Origin: Eledone cirrhosa
Lineage: Eukaryota
Assembly: GCA_964016885.1 (NCBI GenBank)
Contig: OZ024742.1
Span: 122,140,001-122,204,000 of the forward strand
Direction of reading: 5' to 3'
DNA length: 64,000 nucleotides
Position 1 is the first letter of the stretch; each line of letters begins with the position of its first letter. Both the position numbers and the translations under genes were made by a program. Positions 1 through 10,968 of the stretch are shown here, in pieces. The notes below the pieces were generated by a model. It was not told where the DNA came from and did not search any database. It worked only from the letters and a program-made list of their open reading frames with translations.

Positions 1-899
1 CTGTTGACTAAATTATTCATAAGATATTTATTATTTTATATCCTCTTCGTTGATAAATCTTCTCAAGTTAATGTACTTTTAAATGAACTTAAATATTATT
101 TGCAGTTATTTTATATATAATAAATTATTTTCCCATTCCTTGTTTAAATGATTTCTACTCGAAGCACGAAGCGGACTTAATATAGCGGGGTATATATTTA
201 GTTGGAAATACCCTGGTATATTTCTGGTATTTTATATCGTTCACGGGGAAAGGAATGGAAAATAAAATGTTCATCAAGATATAACATTTATAAGTTAAGT
301 TTTATTTGTCATTTCTCTAACGTTATGAACCAGCAATGGACCATGTGTGCCGTCGGTCAACGGGCTAGGAATTGCAGCCGAATTTCAATCAAATCACAAC
401 ACGGTGTGCGTTTTAAATATTAGATATAACCCTAGATATCCATACAAATAATATAGCCAAAGCAAGAACTTATTTATGGTAGACCTGTTTGATTATGACA
501 AAAGAGGGTAGAAGACTAAATGCTGGATAACAATTAGTATAATATGTATCGAGGCAGCGGATTTGTATCTTCAATTTTTCATTCAAAAATATTGATAGGA
601 ACATGGTCGGATAACATTCATGAGCTCGGCCGGTTTCGCTTGGGGATCCAATCGGATCAATTGGAGACGGCTGCTTCTGAAAGGACACTCTGGAAGGAAT
701 GTTTGAGGATAACCACTATCTCTCTCTCTATCTCGAAGATAAATATTGATTAAAAGTAACATCACATAACATTTTCTCTATCTGATTATGTTAGAAAATT
801 TTAACAACTTCAAACTTTTATTAAATATCATTAATTTCGTTAACGGATATTATACTATTTCAAGACCACTTCATACTGAATTTAAATCGAGAATACTCG

Positions 900-1430
900 T
901 CCCCCGACGCTTTTGGGAAAGAGGAAACGACGACTACTTGTATATGTAACTGTACCGTTTCTACACCACACTTCACCACAGGCCTGGTAAATATGTGCCT
1001 ACATTTACAGTGACGTCCCTCAGGATAAACAACTTGTTATATTTGACGACACTCCTGACAAGAGACTCAAGTCTTTGGTAGAATTTGTCCCTGTTCTTTT
1101 CTGTGTTGGTAATGGCTGGCTCTTCGTGCATCGATGAATGATTATCATCGTTGACTGAAGAGACATAGAGAGACTTGTGCAGGTCATAGGTGCCTCTTTG
1201 GTGAGCTGGTTAGTCTGCGTGCGATGTGTGATTGATGGTAATATCAAATCCAGACTTGTTGCAGTACTCATAAGAATAGGTATTACAAACATTGTTTTCA
1301 GTTTCTTGGACCCGTTCAGTGAGGTATTTTTCTGAACGTCCGATATTATGCGCATTGTTGTACGTTTTTCTAATTTGCCAGCCTTGACGTTGATTATAAG
1401 AGTACATGTTGTCCATTTAACGAGAGTGAG
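900..1430 (-). pseudogene. Decayed RTE-clade LINE, AP-endonuclease remnant
   Basis: Frame-broken minus-strand translation includes ...TNTEKNRDKFYQRLESLVRSVVKYNKLFILRDVTVNVG, resembling the APE 'KDxFYxxL...ILGDFNAxVG' region. Confidence 0.55.
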
Positions 1431-3269
1431 TCTGTCACGCGTTTGTGTTTTGTATTATTTTGCCCTCCGCATACAACCTCTATCAGTCTAGTGTAACTAG
1501 CCCCAGTGTGATAAAGTACACTATATTTAGGATATGCTTTCTTGCCCCTTCCTCGGAGAATCGGAGAAGTTGAGAAGTCTCTCAGACCCTGAAAGTGCTG
1601 CAGGATTCCTCTACTTCGTTAGTTAGTAGATACGAACATATATTCCGGATTGCTTGCGATCAGATTCACAGCATTAGTTTTCTGTGTATTAGAATATATT
1701 ATTTGTCACTATTATCTGTTATAAAATTGCTAAGTATTATTATTATTTGTGTTAGTATTAGTAGTAGTATTGGTAATGGCTGTAATGGTGATGGTGATGG
1801 TGTTAGTGGGTTGTTGACAAGATCTAGGTGTCTGGTTTTGATAACCATTACGATAATGCAATAACCATTATACAAAGAGGCTGGTAGCACATTCTCCTGT
1901 GAAACAGACCATTTAATTCAAATATGTATTGTTATCAATTGTGTAAAATGCGAATGGAGAAAGTCTATTTTCACTCGTCATGAGATGAAAGCTATCAATC
2001 ATATTTTTAATTTGAATATGTGTAATTCGTAACATTATGTTTCCAAAGAAATCTTTGGACTGAATATTTAACTACTTGTCAAGTATCTAACTTATCTGTA
2101 AACGTACTTGTTCTTCGATCGTTATCTTTCATCAATTCTAAAATTTGTGTTTCAAAGAAAATGTCAAATGTTACTGAGTTATAGTTGAGCACTATGGTAA
2201 ATGTATATTTCTGTTGTACCTGATTATTATTATTTTGTTTATATTGAATCTTTCTATAGAGAACAGTAGCTCTTTTATTTATAAGTTGAATATATACACC
2301 CAAAATGTATATACAATACTTAAGTACATAAATATTTCACATGAAAACATAAAATAGAAACGAAAGACAATATTAATTCAACACTAAGTAATGTGTGTTA
2401 ATCGGTCACATGCATCTAGGGACGCCGGTCATATGGTGTTAAATCTGGCAGCAGAATAATTGTACTACCACAAAACGGTTAGGTTCATAAAAACTGATAT
2501 TCGTATAGTATGTACCTTCATTTATATGCTCTCGATCTTGTTGGGTTCATGTTTGAAGATATTTTACAAAGGTAGAGATATGTTTCGTTAAATCCCCAAA
2601 ACACCATGATTGCAAAAGGAAATTTTTAAGCAGATATCTCTGCCTGTAACCACCCACTAAACTGTCGATTTTATTCAAAATGGATGCGAGCTTTGAAAGA
2701 TTACCTCGAGCTGTCATCAGGTAAAGAAACAAAACGAATGACTCTTAAGCCATGTGCAGAGGAATTGTAAATAGACAATTAGTTTAGTAAGGAATTCAGT
2801 GTAAACGTAGGTGTTCAGCAGAGATTCGTCCTCAGCCAACTCCTGTCTATTGTAGTTCTGGAGGCCATAACAAGGGGGTTTGAGATAGTTTGTCCATGGA
2901 AATCTTGCATGCCGATGAACTGGTTCTGACTGTGGAAGTGCTAGAGAAGAAATTCTGACTTTGGACACAGAACTCAGAATCAAAAAGGCTTAGAGTAATC
3001 TTGGGAAATAAGGTTAGGTCCTGGTAAGCAGGACGAAGACAAGACACTGATCCTATCAGGAAAGTGGTCATTCTGAATATGTAGAAAAGGGATCCGTAGT
3101 AATTCTGCTCGGTGTACACAATGTAAATCTGGGGTACACAAGAGATGTATTGGTATAGTATGTAAACTAACAGAGAAGGTAAACCTTGTATGTGGCAGAG
3201 GCACAGAGATAGCTAGTAGTAAAGACTCATGTAAAATAAACGTTTTTCAATCTCTCGATGGATAAAAAA

Positions 3270-3760
3270 AAGTAGTTTATAAACCTGGTGATAAAATTAG
3301 CAGAGGAGACGGCTACACCAAGAATATAATAGGTAGAATAAGAACAAGATGGACAAGGTTCGGAGAGCTGCTACCTCGGTTGACAGCAAACTATTTATCT
3401 CTACAACAAAAAAGTCAGCTGTATGATGCGTGTGTATAAAGTGAAATGTTGCATGGTAGTGCGACTTGAGCAGTGATCGCAGAAGATATATGAAAGCTGG
3501 AGAGAAACGAATCAAGCATGCTTCGATGAATGTGTTGAGTAAAGAAGTGCCAAGAAATCCTAGTGGAATGAAGCCATGGCAGAGGAAGACCAATGTACAT
3601 CTGGACAAAGAGTGTCAGAGCTGATCTCATATTGAACCTCACAATGGTGACGACGAAGAACTGTGGCGAATGTACAGACGCTATGTTGGAATGAACCGCG
3701 TCCAACCAATGGAAGCATAGAAAATCGGTGGAAAGCTGGTGATGAAGATGATGATTGTTG
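3270..3760 (+). pseudogene. RTE-clade LINE 3' fragment
   Basis: Translates with stops as RIRTRWTRFGELLP...QLYDACV*SEMLHGSAT*AV...KLERNESSMLR, typical of the RTE RT C-terminus; ends in a (GAT)n-like tail. Confidence 0.7.
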
Positions 3761-4246
3761 TAGTATTTCACTGTTTCACTGTTCATGGTTTTGGTTATTA
3801 GTTTATAATCATCCTAAGGTATAACCTGTGAGTGATTAATAGCCCATACCTAACCTTGTATGTATTTAAGTCATCGATTTCTATATGTATTTGTCAAGCC
3901 TCTAAGCAACCATGTACATAATCTCGTCCCAACCAAATACAAACTGTCTTGGAAACGATATACACCATTTATTGTCAAGGCACTTCTAGCTTCCGTATTT
4001 TGTCTCTACATTTTTCTTCTTCCTCGACTATCCAATGATGCGCATAGCCCGAAACATTAGGGACTATATTTTTCTGAGTTTTACTTCTGAGCCTTAAACT
4101 AGTATCTACTAATTTTATTGTATTCTCTTTCGTTTTCGTTAATCTCTCTTTGCACTCTATATAAATATAACGTAAAATAATTTTGAAGTTGTACGATTAA
4201 TACCATGTAAAGGTGAATATATAGATATATATGCATATGCTATATA

Positions 4247-4278
<32 letters not shown>

Positions 4279-5132
4279 CATATATATATATATAAAGCTA
4301 CTTCTGAGTTTAGATTGGCCACGATCAACATAAAATACAGGTATATTTTAATGCTGAGAAAGGTTATTCATTTAAATATTCTAAGGCTCTTTATAATAGT
4401 GATTCGCTCAAAACGACATTGTCAAGCTGAGCTTACCATAATTGGGAAGCTTTTGAATGGATGGCAGTTCACTCTCCTAATAATGATAATGGAGAATCTC
4501 TGGTTGTGAAATAAAGTGAAATAAAGTGAAATAAAGTCGTTAAATTAGAAATGTTTATCCTATCGAAATAAGCAAATAAAGGTTGGTGATCTGATGAAGC
4601 GAGAAATACCCAGTTTGATAGTAGATGGAAGAGAGTGACAGATAAATCAAGCTACAATGTGAGAAACTGTGGGAGTGAAACATTTTTGTAATTGATGCTG
4701 CTTAAAGTTAAGACGTCTTCAGATTAAAGCGTATAATTGTTCGAAAGACATAGAAAGAATTATGTAGTCAGATACTTGAATACATTAGGAGAATGATCAG
4801 CGATGTTATTGAAGAAAGAATAATTAGATGGTCCTAAAAATCAGTTTACAAGAAAAGATTAGAATCAGATTCCCGTAAATAAAATGTAAAGAGTGAATGT
4901 TCAGAAATTTGTTTTTGTATGACCAAAATTAGTGGAGGTTAAAAATGAATATGAGTTTAAGTTGCATAAATACTAGCGGATACTGTTGAAACTCCATGGT
5001 TTCATGATAATGCAAGAACAATATAGCATATGATGTGTTTCATATACAAGTTATATATGAGACACATTAAATATACAACAGAAAGGCTTGCTGAACAATA
5101 AGCTGAAACCACTTGGTGCCGCGGTGGAGCTA

Positions 5133-5603
<471 letters not shown>

Positions 5604-5781
5604 ATACTTGGGGAGGGTCATATTTGTGTAATATTGCAAGAATTAATAACAGAACACACTCACTGTTTGGTTGGTTTTCGCTTCTCGCTGTCTTTTATAT
5701 CGGTAATCTAACTTACTCGGTCCTCAATGTTGCCATTGACTGACCGACGGTCAAAAATAATACAGATACAATATAGACACA

Positions 5782-5844
5782 AACACATATATATAGTTTA
5801 TCATAACTCTTTCGTTGCACATCTGCAACATCGTCAGTGGTGTT
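5782..5844 (-). ncRNA. Hammerhead ribozyme-like motif in the PLE 3' pLTR (stems I and III imperfect)
   Basis: Minus strand: CTGACGA t gttgca-gatg-tgcaac GAAA gagtt..aact. Confidence 0.6.
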
Positions 5845-6072
5845 ATATTTTCCTCCTGTTGCGTTGTATGTCTACGCCATTTTTATTCAGTCTGTCTATA
5901 TATTTATTTATTTATTTGCTTGTTTGTTTATTTTATTTTGTCTTCTTTGCGCATGCGTTTGCGTGTGTGTATAGTGTTATGTTTGCTGTGTGATAGGTGA
6001 CTAGTGTGTGTTTATGTGCTTGTTATTATTGTGCTTGTGTATGTATTTATTTATCTTATTTTATTTACTTAT

Positions 6073-9036
6073 TTATACTTCTCTTAGGTCAGTGTTGTTT
6101 GTTTGGGTGTTGTTGTTATTCCATTCATTCTTTCTGTTTAGCCTTGGTCTTCTAATTTCTATTTCACTGGCCTCTCTGATTTGCCTATCTGCTGGGTCAT
6201 TTCTATGTTTAGATATTTTTCTAATTTCTATGTTGTCTATGTTACCGTCATGTTGTTGTCTAGCATGTTCGTATAGTACTGACCCGTTTTTTCGTCCTTT
6301 TAGTTCCCCCCAGTGTTGGTCTATCCTTTCACCTATGCTACGAGCTGTCTCACCTATGTATGTTGTTGTCATGTTTCTGCAAGTACCCTCTGTACATCTT
6401 ATGCTATAGACTACATTTCTAGTTTTACAGTTTATCCGGGGGTTCACCTTACATATGATACATTTCCTATTGGTACAGTGGGTTTTCTTAAAAGGGTAGG
6501 TTTTGCTGATCAAGGATTTTATGGTAGTTCCTGGCTTTTCTACCCCCTTTATTTTTAAGTGGGTCTTTCTCAGGGCCTTTCTACACTGGTTAGCTAATTT
6601 CCCTCCAGGGGTGGCGTCCACAAACATGACACTCTGGTATCTCTGGTTGTCGTACCGTGAGGTGGCTTTCCCTATCTTATGTCTAGCCCTATCTAAGCTA
6701 TTCCATGATTTGCTCCTGTATAATGGGCAAATTCCTTTCATGTCCAGTTCTATGAGGGTCTTATACTTTTTCATGGCTCCTTCGTATACTCTGACTCTGT
6801 CTCTTTGGTTGTAGCCAGAGAACTGCATGCGGTTGATGAAGTGTTGGATGTGTCTTTCCATTTCTGTTGGGTCGCATATGCTGGACACATTCTTCATCAC
6901 TCGTACCAAATCTGCCATCAGAATATTAAACTTAGCACTACTGGACATTGCTGAGTTTTTGAGTATCAGGTATTTGGAGGCCATGGGTTTAGCATAGTGT
7001 GAGTGGAGAATTTGGGCTCTCTCGTCTATAGTGTTAATCCAGAGTTCTGTGTCTAATACAGGTAGTCTATTGGTAGGGTGTTTGGAAGGGAAGTCGATAG
7101 TTGCAGTTATACTCTGGTGTATGGAATTAGCTATCTGCTGGATGCTTTCCATCGTGCTACGTTCTAATTCAAACTTGTTAGTGCTCTCTAGTGGGGGTGT
7201 TCTTATAACTATATTGATATCGTCTACATAACGAGAGTACATGATGAGGTCTATGGAGCTTTCATTAAGGAGATCTTTAAGTCTCCTTTCCCACCATACC
7301 ATGAAAAGTTTGGCAACATCACCAGCTATGCTGACGCCGATGGCTGCTCCCTCATTTTGGGTGTAGATTTTCTCGTTGAACTTAAATATGTGGCCCTTTA
7401 GGGTAGTTTTAATACTAGCCCCTATTGCATGTGCGACCATTTTTCTTACCTGATCATTGTTTTGGGGGGTCCGTATAGCTTTGGTCCACCCAATCCACCT
7501 TCCCGTGGGAGTCTTTTTTGCCATTGAGGTTATGGTGGGGAGTCTACCGCTTATAGGTCTACTAGGGCAGAAACATCTAAGGTCATGGCTGTCTAGGTAG
7601 TCAGTGTCGTAGGTAAGTCTAAGTAGGAGGCCCAGTTCGTCTGTGTCGACATCGCAGAACTCCACCTCACTCTCAATGATCATCTCCACACATCTTTTCA
7701 CAGCAAAATCAATTTTAATGGATGGGTACAGTGACACCACATCCATGCTGCCTATTATGCAGTTGGATAGGCTCCTGTTTTTGTTGCACTCACTGATTCT
7801 GCTGAGGAGGTCCTCTGTACTGTCACATACATCTGGGGACATCTTGATTATGGGGCGTATAACAATTGAGAGGAAGTAGGAGATCCTGTAGTTGCTAGCT
7901 ATATTAGCTCCGCATACGGGTCTTGTTGGTGGTCCTGTTGTCGGGTCGTCGACTGTCTTGTGGTCTTTGCGGAGCCCATACAAGGCTGTTATGCCATTGT
8001 TAGACGCCTGGAAGTTGTTGGCAGTGCGTCTGCTTGGCTTTAGGATGTCAGTCCACATCATCATGTGAGCGTTGAGGATTTTTTCTCTCCCATCGTATGT
8101 TTGTTGTGCAATTTCGCTCGTGTTGGTGATGTGGGGTTGCATAGCCTCGATGTAGTTCGGCATGCTATCTATCGACATCCTACCAGACTTGTCCGTGGGT
8201 AGACACACTACCTCACCATCCCTTGTGCGCTGCTTGAGGCTAACCAAGCCTTCTACAGGTTTCCTCCCAAGTTGTTGGGCCTCTGGTCTGCTCTGTCTCT
8301 TAGTATACCTGTCTACTATTTGTCTAATCTTATTTCTAGCTATGGTGAACTGTGCCTCTGTCTCGTCATCTATTTGTTGTGGTATGCAAACTCTTTTATT
8401 AAAGGGTAACCTCGTAGGATTGATATTACCCATCTTATATGTTTTGTCAGCTGGGTTGAAAAATAGTTTCTCTAAGGGGTTGTCATTATATCTATCGTCA
8501 TAGTTGTGTGTGTTGCTATTATTGTTATCAGGGTGGTTGTTGTTGTTTCTATCATTAGCATTATTATTATTGTTATGATTGCTAGATGTATTGTTGTTTA
8601 CTTCACCGTTATTGTTGTTGTTGTTACTGTTATTTCTACCATTGTGGTTGTTACTTTTATTATGTTTCTTGTTTTTGTTGTGTCTATCATTGATGTTGCT
8701 ACATGTACTATTTCCAATATTACCACTGTGGTTATTGTTGTTGTTGTTCGTATTGTTACCGTTATTACTACTGTGGTCGCTGCTGCTGTGTCTGTGGTTA
8801 ATGTTTCTATTATTATTATTATTGTGGTTGTTGTTGTTTACCTTTGCATTCCAACGTATTTTTGTGAAACACTTTTCCAGCTTCGTTTTGCACTCCATAG
8901 GGTTAATCTTTTTGTAGATGGCAAATTTTGGTGGTAGTCGCAGGATTTGTTGTTCTTGTTCACTGATTAAAGTGTTCCCATAGATATTTACTGTGTGGTC
9001 ATTGGTAAATTCTTCCGGTAGTTTTACATCAGTCAT
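6073..9036 (-). CDS. PLE reverse transcriptase with Cys-rich linker and C-terminal GIY-YIG endonuclease (987 aa, probably 5'-truncated)
   Basis: Motifs PTDKSG, YGLRKDHK, RPV, SMDVVSLYPSI, QNEGAAIG, YSRYVDD, CxxxxCxxC, NVVY...YIGET...R...H, LN. The frame stays open upstream of the Met until the inverted-repeat junction (~9069). Confidence 0.92.
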   Translation of the reverse strand: MTDVKLPEEFTNDHTVNIYGNTLISEQEQQILRLPPKFAIYKKINPMECKTKLEKCFTKIRWNAKVNNNNHNNNNNRNINHRHSSSDHSSNNGNNTNNNNNNHSGNIGNSTCSNINDRHNKNKKHNKSNNHNGRNNSNNNNNNGEVNNNTSSNHNNNNNANDRNNNNHPDNNNSNTHNYDDRYNDNPLEKLFFNPADKTYKMGNINPTRLPFNKRVCIPQQIDDETEAQFTIARNKIRQIVDRYTKRQSRPEAQQLGRKPVEGLVSLKQRTRDGEVVCLPTDKSGRMSIDSMPNYIEAMQPHITNTSEIAQQTYDGREKILNAHMMMWTDILKPSRRTANNFQASNNGITALYGLRKDHKTVDDPTTGPPTRPVCGANIASNYRISYFLSIVIRPIIKMSPDVCDSTEDLLSRISECNKNRSLSNCIIGSMDVVSLYPSIKIDFAVKRCVEMIIESEVEFCDVDTDELGLLLRLTYDTDYLDSHDLRCFCPSRPISGRLPTITSMAKKTPTGRWIGWTKAIRTPQNNDQVRKMVAHAIGASIKTTLKGHIFKFNEKIYTQNEGAAIGVSIAGDVAKLFMVWWERRLKDLLNESSIDLIMYSRYVDDINIVIRTPPLESTNKFELERSTMESIQQIANSIHQSITATIDFPSKHPTNRLPVLDTELWINTIDERAQILHSHYAKPMASKYLILKNSAMSSSAKFNILMADLVRVMKNVSSICDPTEMERHIQHFINRMQFSGYNQRDRVRVYEGAMKKYKTLIELDMKGICPLYRSKSWNSLDRARHKIGKATSRYDNQRYQSVMFVDATPGGKLANQCRKALRKTHLKIKGVEKPGTTIKSLISKTYPFKKTHCTNRKCIICKVNPRINCKTRNVVYSIRCTEGTCRNMTTTYIGETARSIGERIDQHWGELKGRKNGSVLYEHARQQHDGNIDNIEIRKISKHRNDPADRQIREASEIEIRRPRLNRKNEWNNNNTQTNNTDLREV

Positions 9037-9268
9037 ACGGATATTGTCGATGTTATCTGGGTATTTCAGTCAATGGCAACATTGAGGAGCGAGTAGTGTT
9101 AGATTACCGATATAAAAGACAGCGAGAAGCGAAAACCAACCAAACAGTGCGTGTGTTCTGTTATTAATTCTGGCAATATTACACAAATATGACCCTCCCC
9201 AAGTATAACAATATTTGTTTCGACACACGATTTCATATAAAAAACCTCGCAAAACTAATTCATCGCCG

Positions 9269-9316
<48 letters not shown>

Positions 9317-9318
<2 letters not shown>

Positions 9319-9490
9319 CGAAGGAAAAGTGGTAAGGAACCAGGTGGACCATAACGCACCAAAGTACTCAATACTTAGGGTAGTAGAGTGGGTAATATAT
9401 ATATATATATATATAACGAAGGAAAAGTGGTAAGGAACCAGGTGGACCATAACGCACCAAAGTACTCAATACTTAGGGTAGTAGAGTGGG

Positions 9491-9493
<3 letters not shown>
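9317..9493. repeat. Two identical ~79-bp units separated and flanked by (TA)n
   Basis: aacgaaggaaaagtggtaagg...gagtgggtaa at 9317 and 9415. Confidence 0.9.
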
Positions 9494-9552
<59 letters not shown>

Positions 9553-9942
9553 GATGATGTTACGCTTACATGTAGATTTTTATTATATATCGTCCTGATA
9601 CGCTCGTTTTCCAGAGAATTGGCTCAAGGTCACCCGTAGAAATTATGGACCCGACTCCATTATTGATCTGATCTTCAAGGTTTGTTGTGGTTTGTGATGT
9701 GATATATATATATATTTGAAAAAAAGGAAAAGAATGACTTCACTTGTAGTTATAAACAATTTGATTTAATTTTATATTATAATATTATGATTTGGTAGAT
9801 CTAGCAACTCATAATATGAGTGCGTGTGAGTGTGTGTGTGAGATATATATATATAGTAATAATAATAAATTTGAAGACTAAAATCCAAAGAGGGCTCGAT
9901 AAGGATAAATATATATCAAATATATAAGAACCGTAGAGCAAA

Positions 9943-10074
9943 TATTTATTAAAATAACAGATTAAAGTTTAAGCAAAGAATCGCTGCTTTCACCCTTAAC
10001 GGGATCATCTGAAGATCCCGTTAAGAGTGAAAGCAGCGATTCTTTGCTTAAACTTTAATCTGTTATTTTAATAA

Positions 10075-10077
<3 letters not shown>
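9943..10077. repeat. Fold-back palindrome (64-bp arms, 7-nt loop) built from an HHR-bearing pLTR end
   Basis: Arms 9943-10006 / 10014-10077 with one mismatch; the same sequence family occurs at 27155-27240 (+) and 35930-36016 (-). Confidence 0.9.
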
Positions 10078-10125
<48 letters not shown>

Positions 10126-10132
<7 letters not shown>

Positions 10133-10812
10133 CGTAAAATAAGAAAATTATAAAATTAACTTACTTACTAAAATATCACTTCCAACTAATTAGTTTCTGG
10201 AATGGAATAAATATATTTTCTGAAGAAGATACAGAGAAGCATTCCGTCGTCAGGGAAGTCTTTTCTCATCTAAGTATCCAGGCAAAGCGTGGACACTGGA
10301 AACTTATTAAAAAATAATTCAGTGGATAGAAAATAGCAAAGCGTGGACTGAATTCCTAGCCATTGAGAAAATCACTGCCTCTGCGTCGGTGGCAAATTCA
10401 AAAAGAATCAATCACGTGACATCGAGGTCAATCAGTGGAAAGTGGTTTGCTAATAAGACAGCGGCCTGCCTGCTACCATAGCAGCAGTCATGGCCAATAT
10501 TGCTCGACAAATAATTTGGAGATAATTATAAAGAATTAATATCTAGTAACATATATACATACAGATGCATATCAATGCTAGCAAATATATAGGTTTTGTC
10601 TTAGTAATATATTTATTCCATTCCAGAAATTAATTAGTTGGAAGTGATATTTTAGTAAGTAAGTTAATTTTATAATTTTCTTATTTTACGTCTCTCATAT
10701 TATTGTTCTGCAACCCATGCATTGAACCGCAAAGTTACTAAGACAAAACCTATATATTTGCTAGCATTGATATGCATCTGTATGTATATATGTTACTAGA
10801 TATTAATTCTTC
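10126..10812. mobile_element. Rearranged PLE pLTR fragment with interleaved inverted repeats (A..B A' x B')
   Basis: ~10126-10215 is inverted at ~10607-10700 and ~10531-10607 is inverted at ~10735-10811; (TA)n on both sides; contains an HHR. Confidence 0.7.
10178..10259 (-). ncRNA. Type I hammerhead ribozyme with intact core
   Basis: Minus strand: acttcc CTGACGA c ggaatg...cattcc a GAAA ctaattag TT ggaagt; stem I 6 bp, stem II 6 bp, palindromic stem III. Confidence 0.8.
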
Positions 10813-10926
10813 ATATATATATATATATATATATTCATTAGTTATGCAAAACAATACCACAAATTTCACAAGGAAGACATTATTAAAAGATTGTCAACAT
10901 AGTTTTAGTTTAATGTAAGGAATGTA

Positions 10927-10968
<42 letters not shown>

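Noticed and set aside
4025-4068. Possible HHR relic (aatgatgcgcatagcccgaaacattaggga)
   Set aside because: The CUGA box and stem II are mutated; too degenerate to call
4591-4680. CTGATGA motif
   Set aside because: No supporting stems
9270-9549. CRISPR-like repeat-spacer appearance
   Set aside because: Only two units, the 'spacers' are (TA)n, there are no cas genes and the context is eukaryotic
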